A stretch of 64,000 nt of DNA from Candidatus Marinacidobacterales bacterium (GTDB lineage Bacteria; Acidobacteriota; Vicinamibacteria; Marinacidobacterales; SMYC01), in NCBI GenBank assembly GCA_965224085.1, contig CBDCYI010000011.1, positions 1,312,001 through 1,376,000 of the forward strand, written 5' to 3'. Shown here piece after piece: positions 8,207 to 19,058 of this stretch (position 1 is its first letter; the number at the start of each line of letters is the position of its first letter). The notes under the pieces were generated by a model that worked only from the letters and a program-made list of their open reading frames with translations, was not told the DNA's origin and did no database searches. The position numbers and the translations under genes are program-made.

Positions 8207-9721
8207 TCACGAAGCGAACGGGCTGCTATAGAGGTTCTTTCTTTGGTTCGAAGGTGGGATCCGCAGCTCTTCCCGATATTTGGCGATCGTACGACGCGCC
8301 AAAACGAGGCCTTCGTCCTCGAGGATCTTGACGATCTTGGAATCGGAGAGAGGTTTTTTCGGGTTCTCCTCGTCCACGATTTTCTTGATTCGCCGCTTAA
8401 TGGTGACCGACGAGACATTGTCCCCGCCTATGCTGGCGATGCCGCTATGGAAGAAATACTTCATGTCGAAGACACCCTGGGGCGTGTGGATGTATTTGTT
8501 AGCCACGACACGCGAGACGGTCGATTCGTGCATGCCGATATCGATCGCGACATCGCGTAAGACCATCGGCTTGAGGTGCTCGACACCGTTATCGAGAAAA
8601 TCCTGTTGCTGGCGCACGATGCTATTGGCGACTTTGTAGATCGTTTTCTGCCGCTGGTCCACCGACTTGATCAACCATAGAGCGCTTCGCAGCTTCTCTT
8701 TGACATATTCGCGGGTCGAGTGGTTCTCCTCGGACTTGTTCTCGAGCATGCGCCGGTAGATCGGGCTGATGCGAAGCTGCGGCAGCCGGTCTTCGTTTAA
8801 CACGATCTCGTATTTGCCGTCGACTTTGACCACATAGACGTCCGGCGTGACGTAGAAGCTTTTTTCGGTCGTGAACTTCGAGCCGGGCTGTGGGTCGAGC
8901 CGCCGGATGATTTCGCAGTGATGGATAACCTCTTCTAGCGGCAGGCGCATCGCTTTCGCAATTTCGTTAAAACGGTGGTTTTGCAAGTGGTCGAGATGCT
9001 CGTTCACCATCGTTTCCACGGGCGTGTTGCCGACCTCGAGGCGACAGAGCTGAATCAGGAGGCACTCCTTCAGATCGCGCGCGCCGACACCGACGGGGTC
9101 GAAGGCTTGCACCATCGCGAGTGCGTCCTCGACGTGCTTTTGCTCGTAAGGGCCCATCTTACATAGCTCTTCGATCGACGCTTGTAGATAACCATGCCCG
9201 TCGATGTTCCCGATAATGGCCTCGCCAATCTCGGCGATCTTCGCCTCCACCGTGACCATGCGCAATTGCCAGTCCAAATGGTCCGCGAGCGAGTTCGTCG
9301 TGGAGAGCGTGTTCTCGATGGGTGGAAGGTCCGGGACTTCGTGGCTCGTCCGCGGGCGATAGCCTTCGTCGAGATAGTCGCTGAAGAAAGACTCGTAGTC
9401 GATCTCGCTCAGCGAGTCGTCGGTCTTCGCGTCGGGCTCGGGCTCAGCATCGACCTTGGCATCGGGTGCTTGAGCTTCGGTCGTGCCTTCGCTCGCAGCG
9501 TCGCTCGTCGAGTCATTCGCGTCATTGGCGGGTTCCGTCGTCGCTTCCGTTCGCTGTTGCTCGAGCTCTTCCTCGAGAAGCGGGTTCTCCGTGATCTCTT
9601 GCTGGAGCATGTCCGCGAGCTCGAGGGTGGACATGGGAAGAAGCTTGATCGCCTGCTGCAGCGAAGGCGTCAGGATCAGCTTCTGCTGAAGTTTGACCTG
9701 AAGTGTTAGCTTTTGCTGCAC
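8207..9721 (-). CDS. rpoN: RNA polymerase sigma-54 factor
   Basis: TPSLQQAIKLL; MHESTVSR; RpoN box ARRTIAKYR. Confidence 0.97.
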   Translation of the reverse strand: MQQKLTLQVKLQQKLILTPSLQQAIKLLPMSTLELADMLQQEITENPLLEEELEQQRTEATTEPANDANDSTSDAASEGTTEAQAPDAKVDAEPEPDAKTDDSLSEIDYESFFSDYLDEGYRPRTSHEVPDLPPIENTLSTTNSLADHLDWQLRMVTVEAKIAEIGEAIIGNIDGHGYLQASIEELCKMGPYEQKHVEDALAMVQAFDPVGVGARDLKECLLIQLCRLEVGNTPVETMVNEHLDHLQNHRFNEIAKAMRLPLEEVIHHCEIIRRLDPQPGSKFTTEKSFYVTPDVYVVKVDGKYEIVLNEDRLPQLRISPIYRRMLENKSEENHSTREYVKEKLRSALWLIKSVDQRQKTIYKVANSIVRQQQDFLDNGVEHLKPMVLRDVAIDIGMHESTVSRVVANKYIHTPQGVFDMKYFFHSGIASIGGDNVSSVTIKRRIKKIVDEENPKKPLSDSKIVKILEDEGLVLARRTIAKYREELRIPPSNQRKNLYSSPFAS

Positions 9722-9773
9722 GTCGTCCTAGCTGTGGTCTACCAGTCGCCTCAGTCTCTAAGCATGTTCCGTC

Positions 9774-10499
9774 TTAATCGAGTCGAAAATCCTCACCGAA
9801 GTAAACCCGGCGAACATCTTCGTTCTCGGCTAACTCCTCGGGAGTTCCTGCACAAAGAATCTTCCCGTCATTCATTATATAGGCTCTATCGGTGATCTTC
9901 AGGGTTTCTCTGACATTGTGATCCGTCACGAGGATACCGATACCTTTCGATTTCAGATGATGGACGATTTCTTGGATGTCGCCGACCGCGATCGGGTCGA
10001 TGCCGGCGAACGGCTCGTCGAGGAGCATGAAGGAAGGAGAGGTGACCAGCGCGCGCGTGATTTCGGCGCGGCGGCGCTCGCCGCCGGAGAGCGTGTAGCC
10101 ACGGGACCGAGATTTGTCTGCAATTCCAAGCTCATCCAACACTTCCGCCAGTTTGCGCCGCCTCTCCCGAGGGGTTAGAGGCAGTGTCTCCAAGATCGCT
10201 AGAACGTTCTCTTCTACCGTCAGTTTTCGAAAAATCGACGGCTCCTGCGGCAAATAACTGATGCCACCCCGTGCCCGCAGATACATCGGCAGCGAAGTGA
10301 TGTCCTCGTCGTTCAGGAAAACCTTACCGTAATCGGGCCGCGTCAGCCCGACCACAATATGAAACGATGTCGTTTTGCCCGCACCGTTGGGCCCGAGCAA
10401 TCCGACCACCTCGCCCTCGCGCACTTCGAGGTCGACAGCGTCAACAACCTTTTTCTTACGAAAAGATTTGGCGAGCGCTTCGCCCCGCAGAACCTGCAT
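9774..10499 (-). CDS. lptB: LPS export ABC transporter ATPase
   Basis: GPNGAGKTT; [12 protein letters not shown]; LSGGERRR; [11 protein letters not shown]. Confidence 0.96.
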   Translation of the reverse strand: MQVLRGEALAKSFRKKKVVDAVDLEVREGEVVGLLGPNGAGKTTSFHIVVGLTRPDYGKVFLNDEDITSLPMYLRARGGISYLPQEPSIFRKLTVEENVLAILETLPLTPRERRRKLAEVLDELGIADKSRSRGYTLSGGERRRAEITRALVTSPSFMLLDEPFAGIDPIAVGDIQEIVHHLKSKGIGILVTDHNVRETLKITDRAYIMNDGKILCAGTPEELAENEDVRRVYFGEDFRLD

Positions 10500-10505
10500 C
10501 AGAAA

Positions 10506-12536
10506 TTAAAAAGGGCGAGGTTTTGATGAGTACGTGGTCTTGGTTCGGTTCTGTTCTTGACCGTCGACCAAGATTTTATCATTCGATAAAAAGAAAGTCA
10601 ACTGCTTGCCTTCTGTGAGTTTACCGTCATTTTGGAGCCAAGCTTGCTCTCCTTCGAGGGTCATACTTTGTTCGTCCGGCAAGTATCTTGCGTGCTCGCC
10701 GGCGGCCTTTCCGTCGGCGGTAGAAATTTCCACTCCGCCCTCGGCATAGATCTCCTCGACCCCGCTTCCGCCTTTGCCGAGCCGAACCTCGACACGGTTG
10801 CCTTGAAGCGTCATCTCGGTCGAGCGCATTAGAACGCCGTCTTGATATTCCAGCACTTCGTCTGCCGCACGGTAGTGAAGGCGCGCCGCGTTCGTCACCG
10901 TAGGCTCTACCGGACTACCCGCTTCCCCGTCGCCGCTCCGGACTAGCTCCTGCAAGAGAACCGTTCGTACATCGCCTTCCGCAATAAGATCACCCACCTT
11001 CTGGAAGATCTGGATGGTATCGGCTTCGACACGGCCCCGTCCCTGGAAGCCGCGCGCGCCTCCGGTATAGACCGCGAGCTCTCGGCTCCGATCGTAGACA
11101 AGATGATCCGCGACAAAGTACACCGGTTCTTTTTCGGTGGAAGGAAACAACCCTACGCCCGGCTCGCCCGCCGACGAGGAGCCCGCTGACAAGGAGCGGA
11201 CTTCCTCGATGCCCTCGACGTTGCCGCTGTCCAGATCCACGATGATCCTTCGAGCTTCGAGGCTCGCCCGCGGGTCCCAGAGTCGAGGCGACTTTCTCAG
11301 AATGAGTCTCGAGTTGGCCGCACGGAAAATGCCTTCCTCCGCGGTCGCGCGAACATCGCCTTGCTCGAACTCCACAGCGCGCGTACACCGAGCCTCCACG
11401 AGGTCACCGGTCGCTGGGTCGAATTCGCTTTCGATCTGCCGCGACCTCACAATCTTGCGCGCGCCGTCATCGCCACTCGGCGGGATCAGAACAAGCGTCA
11501 CACCGCCGCGCCCGCGGAGTTTGGTGAGCTCGCCTTGCTCATCGAAGTCGAAGGCGAGCGTGTGGCCACTCAGCTCCTTGTGATAGCCCTCGGTCGCGTT
11601 GTCGGGGAGCCGCAACTCGAGCCGCGCGCCATTGAGAGCGCGCATCCGCTCGAGGTCTTCGCCCGAGGGGCGAAAAAGCATCTCGAGGCGCTCGGTCGAA
11701 AGGCGCTTCGTTCCGGCCTCCGCGGTCAAAGCGCCCGACATCTGGCTATCGTCCTCGCCGACTTCTTCTTCCGACACTTGCATGTTCATGACAACTTTCT
11801 CGAAGGCATGGATGCGCTCGACGCCATCGTGGTCGTCGTTCAAGAAGATCTGAAGGTCATCGCAAGTCAAGGACTTGTTTTTCTGTCGCACGTCGACGCT
11901 GTCGAAATATTGGACCCAGTGGCGGTTTCTGTGCATGAAGGCCGTCTCGCTCTTGATGTGCACGGGAGCTTCGGAGCTTGGGAGAAGGGTCATATCCACG
12001 CCGTCGCCGAGGTCGAGCTCGCCCCGCTTGATGATGTAGATCATGCTGCCGGCATCGCCGACGATGTCATCTTTGAAATAGCGCACCGGCGAACGGCTCC
12101 ATACCCGATCCGGGAACCGGCGAAACTCGAGGGACTTCGCCTCTAGGCGGAGCGAGGTGTTGTCGCGCACGACGACGTTACCCTGAAGATGGACGGAGCT
12201 GTCCCGGCGGACATTACATAGATCCGCAGTCACCACGACGGGCGTGTCGTCCGCGCCTACGTTGAAGTGGATCTCCGCGTCGCGAAACTGCTGGCCAGAC
12301 TCCGTCTGACCGACGCTCTCGGCCGCTTTCAAGGTCCAAGCCGTGTTTCCGTCCGAGTCGAGCTGCTCGAGCTCCACCTGGCGCGACGTAATGCTTTCCG
12401 GCTCGTCAGGGATGTCCAGTGTGGCTACCGTAGCCGAGCGCATCCCAGCGCGGAGGTGATGAACAACATAGCCGCCACAGACGAAAAAGAGCGCGAGGAG
12501 CATCCACTTGATGATGCGGATTTGCGTGAAGGTCAT
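10506..12536 (-). CDS. LptC/LptA (OstA-like) multi-beta-jellyroll LPS transport protein
   Basis: N-terminal TM helix followed by repeated OstA-like segments; ATG 12536 overlaps the accA stop; upstream of lptB. Confidence 0.8.
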   Translation of the reverse strand: MTFTQIRIIKWMLLALFFVCGGYVVHHLRAGMRSATVATLDIPDEPESITSRQVELEQLDSDGNTAWTLKAAESVGQTESGQQFRDAEIHFNVGADDTPVVVTADLCNVRRDSSVHLQGNVVVRDNTSLRLEAKSLEFRRFPDRVWSRSPVRYFKDDIVGDAGSMIYIIKRGELDLGDGVDMTLLPSSEAPVHIKSETAFMHRNRHWVQYFDSVDVRQKNKSLTCDDLQIFLNDDHDGVERIHAFEKVVMNMQVSEEEVGEDDSQMSGALTAEAGTKRLSTERLEMLFRPSGEDLERMRALNGARLELRLPDNATEGYHKELSGHTLAFDFDEQGELTKLRGRGGVTLVLIPPSGDDGARKIVRSRQIESEFDPATGDLVEARCTRAVEFEQGDVRATAEEGIFRAANSRLILRKSPRLWDPRASLEARRIIVDLDSGNVEGIEEVRSLSAGSSSAGEPGVGLFPSTEKEPVYFVADHLVYDRSRELAVYTGGARGFQGRGRVEADTIQIFQKVGDLIAEGDVRTVLLQELVRSGDGEAGSPVEPTVTNAARLHYRAADEVLEYQDGVLMRSTEMTLQGNRVEVRLGKGGSGVEEIYAEGGVEISTADGKAAGEHARYLPDEQSMTLEGEQAWLQNDGKLTEGKQLTFFLSNDKILVDGQEQNRTKTTYSSKPRPF

Positions 12537-13501
12537 GAACCGTCTTGGACGTCGAGCCCGACCTCCCCCATTCGCCGAAACTTCTGGTAGCGGGCTTCGA
12601 CCCGCTCTTCCGGGCTCAGCCGCTCCACCCGCTCGAGGGCTTCGACGAGATATTTGTTCAAGATCTGGGCCGTCTGGCGATGAGCCGTATGGGCCCCTCC
12701 CACCGGCTCGGGCACGATGCGATCGACGAGACCGAGCTCGAGCAGGTCCGTCGCGGTGAGCTTCAAGCCATCTGCGGCTGCTTCGGCGCGGCCGGCATCC
12801 TTCCAAAGGATCGCCGCGCATCCTTCGGGTGAGATGACCGAATAGATCGAGTGCTCCATGATCAGTATCTCGTCGCCGACCGCGACCGCGAGCGCTCCGC
12901 CGCTTCCGCCTTCTCCAGTGACAGCCACGATAATGGGAACTCGGATCCGCGCCATCTCCCGAATGTTTACAGCAATGGCTTCGGCCTGTCCTCTCTCTTC
13001 GGCGTCGATCCCCGGATAGGCGCCCGGTGTATCGACGAAACAAAAGATGGGGCGCTCAAACTTGTCCGCCATCTGCATCACACGGAGTGCTTTCCGATAG
13101 CCTTCTGGCCGCGGCATCCCGAAATTACGCCGAATCTTCTGCTTCGTGTCGCGCCCTTTCTGGTGGCCGACGACCACGACCGGCTTGTCGTGAAACCAAG
13201 CCATACCGGTGACGATGGCCGGGTCTTCTCCGAAGCGGCGGTCGCCTCGGATCTCGATGAAATCCGTGAACAAATGCTCGATGAAATCCAGCACATAGGG
13301 TCGTTGCGAATGGCGCGCGACCTGAACGGTCTGCCACGGTGTGAGCTTCGAATAGATCTCACGCCGCATCTCGTCGAGTTTCGTCGAAAGCCGGGCGATC
13401 TCACGCTCTTTGCCGGCATCAGCCGGGTATCCCGTAAGCGACTCGATTTCTTTTTGGAGCGCCGCTAGGGGCGCCTCGAAATCCGATATTTCTATACTCA
13501 C
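12533..13501 (-). CDS. accA: Acetyl-CoA carboxylase carboxyltransferase alpha subunit
   Basis: RNFGMPRPEGYRKA; DTPGAYPG; GEGGSGGALA. Confidence 0.97.
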   Translation of the reverse strand: MSIEISDFEAPLAALQKEIESLTGYPADAGKEREIARLSTKLDEMRREIYSKLTPWQTVQVARHSQRPYVLDFIEHLFTDFIEIRGDRRFGEDPAIVTGMAWFHDKPVVVVGHQKGRDTKQKIRRNFGMPRPEGYRKALRVMQMADKFERPIFCFVDTPGAYPGIDAEERGQAEAIAVNIREMARIRVPIIVAVTGEGGSGGALAVAVGDEILIMEHSIYSVISPEGCAAILWKDAGRAEAAADGLKLTATDLLELGLVDRIVPEPVGGAHTAHRQTAQILNKYLVEALERVERLSPEERVEARYQKFRRMGEVGLDVQDGS

Positions 13502-13773
13502 GACGCGCCCAGTGTAGCAAAAGGGTCAATCGGAGTGTGGTATCGTCGAAGGACGGCACAAAAAGATGCTATTTTCCATCCATGCCTTAATGTCGCTCAC
13601 GCTCGCCGGAGAGAGCGATCATAAGTCGTAGTATCTCGAGCTCGCTCAGGCGACTCTTCAAAACCCCGTTCGCACGGCAGAGCTCCGCGCGGCTGTGCTC
13701 TCGCCACTTTTCTAGGACGCGAAGACGTGTCTGAGGTCGAGCGCATCTCGTACCGGTCCGAGGATTGGGGGCC

Positions 13774-14700
13774 TCATTTTCTCTCGCGGCTACGCTCGGC
13801 CCACGGCGCAAGCACGCCGTAGACGGCCTCGCTCATCGGCGCGGGAATGCCGAGCTCACGGGCTCGACGACGGACGGTGCCGTGCAGCGCTTCGAGCTCC
13901 ATCGGCTTACCATGAACCATGTCGTAGTGGAGCGAGGAGTACCACTCGGCCGGAAGGGTCTGGAAGACTTCCATGATTGTGTCGATGGTGTCGTCCGGCA
14001 TCTTTACGCCGGTTGCGTTCGCCACGGAAACGACTTCCAAGACTAAATCGCGATACATCGTTCGTGAAGCTTCTGACGCGCGGATGGCCCCGAGAGGAAG
14101 CCGCACGGCAGCCGTCATGCCGGCGGTCGCGCAAATCATCGCGAGCTTCTTCCACAGCTCTTTTCGAATGTTCTTCGAGAGGTCGGCATCAACACGGCTC
14201 GCGTGGCAAAGGGCGACGAACGCCTCGAGCCGCGCGCTCTTGCTCCCGTCGAGCTCGCCTACGACCATGCGCGCGAGCGTACCGTGATGGGTCACAACGC
14301 CCGGCTCCGTGATCGTCGCGAGAATGTAGGCGACGCCGGAAACGACATGGTCGGAGGAGACGACCGAAGCGATCGTCTCCTCGTTGTCCACACCGTTTTG
14401 AAGCGTAATGACGGCGGTGCTCTCTTTCAATAGCGGCTCGAGGCGCCGTGCCGCGTCGACGGTGTCGGTGGACTTCACGCAAAAAAGAACGACATCAGCG
14501 CTACCGATATCTTCCGGACGATCGCTCGTGGGAAGCGCGAGATGAAGATCCCCGTTCGCGCTCACGATGCGCAAACCCTCGCTTCGGAGAGCCGCAAGAT
14601 GCGCGCCACGGGCAATGAGATGCACGTCGCCGCCGCCCGCCGCGAGTCGCGCTCCGAAATATCCCCCGATACCACCGGCACCGAAAACGGCAACCTTCAT
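13774..14700 (-). CDS. panE: 2-dehydropantoate 2-reductase (ApbA/PanE family)
   Basis: GAGGIGG; TLQNG; LWKKL; SSLHYD...MELE. Confidence 0.85.
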   Translation of the reverse strand: MKVAVFGAGGIGGYFGARLAAGGGDVHLIARGAHLAALRSEGLRIVSANGDLHLALPTSDRPEDIGSADVVLFCVKSTDTVDAARRLEPLLKESTAVITLQNGVDNEETIASVVSSDHVVSGVAYILATITEPGVVTHHGTLARMVVGELDGSKSARLEAFVALCHASRVDADLSKNIRKELWKKLAMICATAGMTAAVRLPLGAIRASEASRTMYRDLVLEVVSVANATGVKMPDDTIDTIMEVFQTLPAEWYSSLHYDMVHGKPMELEALHGTVRRRARELGIPAPMSEAVYGVLAPWAERSRERK

Positions 14701-14714
14701 ACGCCGCGACCCGT

Positions 14715-15152
14715 TTAGCGGAAAGGACTCCGGACATCGAGAAAGTCAAACTTCTTGAAGTCGTCGATGTCGTTGGTGTACAGAGTTGGGACTCCGTGTT
14801 GTCGAAGAATAGACGCCAGGTGTGCGTCGGGGACGAGGTTGGCGCGCACGGACGTGTCCTTGGTCACGCCACGATAGACATCCAGGAAGCCATCTCGCTC
14901 AGAGATGAGGCGCACGTGGGCCAGTCGCGAAAGTCTCTCCGCGTTTTGAAGCGCTTCACTGGGGGTCAATGGATTCGTGAAAATGCGCGGGTGAGTAGAA
15001 ATTCGCACATAAGACATCAGGGTGAGATAGCACAAATACAGAGGCTCATCTCGACCCGCGCAAGTGTTCATGAACGTCTGCGCTCTAGACTGAAAAGGAC
15101 TCGATTCGTCCGACGCATAGAGGAGGATGTTCACGTCGAGCGAGTAGCTCAC
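14715..15152 (-). CDS. vapC: VapC PIN-domain toxin
   Basis: LDVNILLYA; THPRIF; NLVPDAHLA; LYTND. Confidence 0.9.
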   Translation of the reverse strand: MSYSLDVNILLYASDESSPFQSRAQTFMNTCAGRDEPLYLCYLTLMSYVRISTHPRIFTNPLTPSEALQNAERLSRLAHVRLISERDGFLDVYRGVTKDTSVRANLVPDAHLASILRQHGVPTLYTNDIDDFKKFDFLDVRSPFR

Positions 15153-15153
15153 G

Positions 15154-15396
15154 TCAGTCCGGACGCTCGTCGAGCAGAGCGAAGACCGCCTCCTTGTCGG
15201 AGATATCCACGCGAGCTCCCATCGAACGTGTCGTCCAACGCAATTCTTGCGGCTTCGACTGGCGCCGAGCGCGATGGGCCAACGCTTCCGCCACCAGCTC
15301 GGACACGAGCGCGCCCAGCGATTTGCGCTCTCGCAGGCGCATCTCGTGAAGCTCCTCGAGAAGCGGTGTGTCGAGGTTCAATGTGGTTCGTGACAT
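15154..15396 (-). CDS. vapB: VapB ribbon-helix-helix antitoxin
   Basis: RTTLNLD...SLGALVSELV...VDISDKEAV; directly upstream of vapC. Confidence 0.88.
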   Translation of the reverse strand: MSRTTLNLDTPLLEELHEMRLRERKSLGALVSELVAEALAHRARRQSKPQELRWTTRSMGARVDISDKEAVFALLDERPD

Positions 15397-15405
15397 GATG
15401 TGTTG

Positions 15406-15434
15406 ATGCTATTAGATAAAACATCTGATGTCAA
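15406..15434 (-). promoter_or_regulatory. vapBC promoter with palindromic operator
   Basis: TTGACA-17 nt-TAGCAT ending 9 nt before the ATG; inverted repeat ACATC-T-GATGT (15421-15431) overlaps the -35. Confidence 0.75.
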
Positions 15435-15528
15435 ATGACCCGCGCCGTTTGGAGCTCCGTGCCCGACAACCCGATGAAGTCACCGAAGAGTGGCACGGCG
15501 AAAGTACAAGGGGATAAACTCGGCGGCA

Positions 15529-16076
15529 ATGAGCGGCTTCTGGGGCGATGCTAGATGGGCTTTCCGCCAACTCCGAAGCCGACCCAGTTTTTCGATCACG
15601 GCCATCGGCATCCTGACGTGGGCTCTCGGGGCCAATCTAGCTTCGTTTACGATCGTCCACGCCTTGTTCCTCGGTCATGCGCCGCTGCCGCGAGCGGGCG
15701 AACTCGTTCGAATCTACAGCGACTTCGACAAAGGGATGGACCACTTTACGGTGTCCTATCCGAACTACGAAGATGTCGCGGCGCTCACGGACATTCTTAG
15801 TGCAGCGGTCGCCGAACAGCCTATGCCGTTCACCTGGCGCAACGACGATGGACCCCACCGCATTTGGGGCTCCATGGTCTCGCCAAACTACTTCGAGGGG
15901 CTCGAGGTTCCCATACGTCATGGCCGAGGCTTCAGTGCTGATGAGGCGGGCTCGAGCGGGCACATGTGCTTGTGGTCGTGTTCGGCGGCACCATGACCGC
16001 ATCGAGCTTGCTCGCGGCGCGCCGCGCTTTGCGAATCGACCCCGCCCGAGCGCTCGCTGCCGAGCCGCCCTACTGA
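15529..16076 (+). pseudogene. ADOP/MacB-type ABC permease with large internal deletion
   Basis: N-terminus DARWAFRQLRSRPSFS...VSYPNYED...VSPNYF joined out of frame near 15965 to the typical C-terminus ASSLLAARRALRIDPARALAAE. Confidence 0.8.
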
Positions 16077-16119
16077 TACAGGGGGCTAGGCTCCTGCGCC
16101 GAGCTTTCGAGGGGCCGAT

Positions 16120-16284
16120 GAGTTCGGCGGCACCAAGGTGCGGATCCCGCTCAAGGACGACGCGATCGTGAGCGAGAGAGGCGTCGAGTGGTTCTATCCG
16201 GTGAACCAGCGGATGTTGCTGATCAAGCAGCTTCGGGCTGCCGGGTATGCCGCCGAGCGTCCGCACGATGTATCCGGTGTATAA
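16120..16284 (+). pseudogene. C-terminal remnant of a probable M24 peptidase
   Basis: EFGGTKVRIPLKDDAIVSERGVEWFYPVNQRMLLIK resembles the M24 C-terminal RI-E-D-D motif region; no start codon. Confidence 0.5.
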
Positions 16285-16330
16285 AACCTCGTGAGGTGTA
16301 TTGTAAACTAGCCGCCCTGGAGGCAAAGCT

Positions 16331-18720
16331 ATGAAGTCCGCTATTTTGTTTCTGGCCCTCGTGCTTCCCGTGACCACGGCCGCGCAGCTCGCCGAGCAAT
16401 CGAAGCTGACGAAGGCCGATCGCGACGCGGCGTTTCAGCTCACGCTCGAACATCTCTCAGCCGAGACTTCAGAGCGTTCGGGATTTCACCGCGCGATATC
16501 ACCTGGTCGCCGTCGGGAGAGACTGTCTACTTCCGTTGGCGCGAAGACCCGGCTTCGGGGCAGCTTCCCGAGGCGGACCCATTCTACGCGGTGGACGCCG
16601 CGGGGACGAGCTTGCGCGTCGTCGATGCCGAGGAGGCGCGGCGCATCCCGGGCGACGACGTTTCATGGTCGGCGCAGCGCGATCTCGCCGCGTGGTCGCG
16701 CGAGGGGACGCTTTTCGTTTGGAGTCAGGCATCCGGAACGCGCGCCGTCTTCACGCACGCGAACGATCTCGGCAACCTGCGCGTCGCCTCCGATGGAGCC
16801 GAAGTCCAGTTCTCCACTAAGGGCCTCTCGATGCGCGGGGACGATCAAGGGGACCTCTGGAGCTACGATGTGGCGCCCGGCCACGTCCGCCAGATAGCGC
16901 TCGCGGCGGAGAAAGAGAAAGAGCCGAGCGAGCAAGCAAGTTGGCTGGAAGAGCAGCAGCTCGAGCTCGTCGACATCGTGCGCAAACGCAAGGATTTCGA
17001 CGAGCGAAAGGAGGCTCTCGCGAGAGAGCGCGAACCGTATCGTCCCCAGGAGATCCCCGTCGAGGAAGGCGCGCGGATTTTCGGCTTCGAGTCGAGCCCC
17101 GACGGTCGCTTCGTTACGTTTCTGTGGCAAAAAGAGCCCACCGAAGCGCCAACGCACTACATGGAGTTCGTGGAGCTCTCGGGCTACGCCACCGCGAAGA
17201 CGGCGCGGCCCAAGGTCGGCGAGGCGCTTGCGGCTTACAAGATGGGCATCGTGGCCGTCGATGCCGCCCGCGCGCGCGATGACGTCGAGATCGTCTGGGT
17301 CGACGCCGGTATCGCAAAAGACACCATCATCCACGGCCCCTTTTGGAACCCTCAAGGCACGCAAGCGGCCGTTCAGATCCTTTCGATGGATCACAAACAA
17401 CGGTGGATCTCGCTGTTGGATCTCGAAACGGGCAGGGTGACTCATCTTGATCACCAGACGGAGGAGGCGTGGATCGGAGGCCCGCTCGTCGAGGGGCGCT
17501 GGCGTCCGGGCTTTCTCGAATGGCTTCCCGACGGCGACGCCCTCGGTTTCGCCTCGGTGGAGTCGGGCTGGGCGATGCTCTACCTTGTGAACGTGGACGG
17601 CGAGCGGACCGCGCTCACGCGCGGCGAATGGGAAGTGCGGCGGGCGGAGCTCTCGCCCGATGGCACGACCTGGTATCTAACGACGAGCAAAGAGCACCCG
17701 GGCGAAGAACAGCTTTACCATCTTCCAGCGCGCGGGGGTGAGCTCGTGCGCATCACCGGGCGCGAAGGGAAAGTCCGAGCAACGCCGTCGCCCGACGGAA
17801 AACGGTTGGCGCTCCGCTTCGAATCTCCCGAACGTTTGCCGGATCTCTATCTTGCGGCGAACGCGCCCGAGGCGGATTGGAAACGCGTCACCAAGTCGGG
17901 CACCGACGATTTCTACCGCTACGCCTGGATCGATAGCGAGATCGTGAGCTACCCCGACAGCGCGGGCAATACAACGTGGGCCAAGCTCTGGGAGCGGCCC
18001 AGCGACGCGCACGGCGCCGCAGTCGTCTACGCTCATGGCTGCGGGGAGTGTGCACAAGGCGTCGACAAAGGCTGGACCCGCACGAGCGCGACCCTCTATG
18101 CGAACTACCTGTATCACAAGGGCTACGTCTCGGCTTCGATCGACTATCGAGGAAGCTCCGGCTATGGGCACGCGAACCGGACCTATGCCTATCGCCAAAT
18201 GGGAATCTCCGATATTGATAGCGGCATCCCCCTTCTCGACATCCTCGTCGAGCGCCGCGGCGTTGACGCCGGCCGCATCGGCGTCTATGGCGGGTCCTAT
18301 GGAGGCTTCTACACGCTCATGTCGCTCTTCCGGCACCCCGGAAAGTACCGTGCCGGGGTGGCGCTCTATCCCGTGACGGATTGGGCACACTACAACCAGG
18401 GCTATACCAACCGGATTCTGAACGGATCGCAGCAGACCGACCCCGAAGCCTATCGCCGCTCGAGCCCGATCTACTACGCCGACGGACTCGAGGACGCTCT
18501 CCAGATTCAGCACGGCCTCGTGGACGACAACGTCCAGATCCAGGACTCTTTCCGTTTGGCTCAGGTGTTGATGGAGAAAGAGAAGGACTTCGATCTCGTC
18601 GTCTATCCGATGGAAGACCACGGTTGGGACGAAGTCTCGAGCCGCCTCGACAGCTACAAGAGAATGACCCGCTGGTTCGACCAACACCTGTCGGGAGCGG
18701 AAGCCGCGACAGAGAACTAG
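16331..18720 (+). CDS. S9-family secreted peptidase (DPP IV-like), frameshifted near 16455
   Basis: Signal peptide at 16331; frame change at CATCTCTCAG; GGSYGG nucleophile, DDNV Asp, EDHG His. Confidence 0.85.
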
Positions 18721-19058
18721 ACAGCGGAGGCGCGGAGAACGCTTCCGGAAAGCTCGTTCGTGAGGCGGCCCTCGTTATAGACGCGGTCGTGCGCCGCGAG
18801 ACGTCGGGCGAGCAGGGCCAGCTCGTCCGTCGATGTGTACATACCCGGCGGGTAGATGAGCCCTGCCCGATGCCCAAGCATGGCAGGCAGCCATTCACAT
18901 GGCCAGCCGGCCGCTTCTAGAGGTCTGCGAACGATCCTGTCGAACGTTCGCTCTCCGTACTCCACAATGATCGTGCGAGTAGCGCCGCTCGTTGCATTCG
19001 AATCCGTGCGTTAATTGGAAAAACGCGAGATCCTCGATGACCACCTTGCTTTTCCGGG

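Noticed and set aside
12537-13043. Arg-rich N-terminal extensions on predicted ORFs (lptC/A here; likewise hpf, rimI, asd-like, tctA/B, mutS)
   Set aside because: They overlap neighbouring real genes in other frames, so starts were moved downstream.
13554-13570. Possible sigma-54 promoter CGGCACAAAAAGATGCT
   Set aside because: GG-to-GC spacing is 11 nt rather than the required 10, and no plus-strand gene follows.
18717-18965. 82-aa ORF downstream of dnaE
   Set aside because: No recognisable motif or SD; probably gene debris, so not called.
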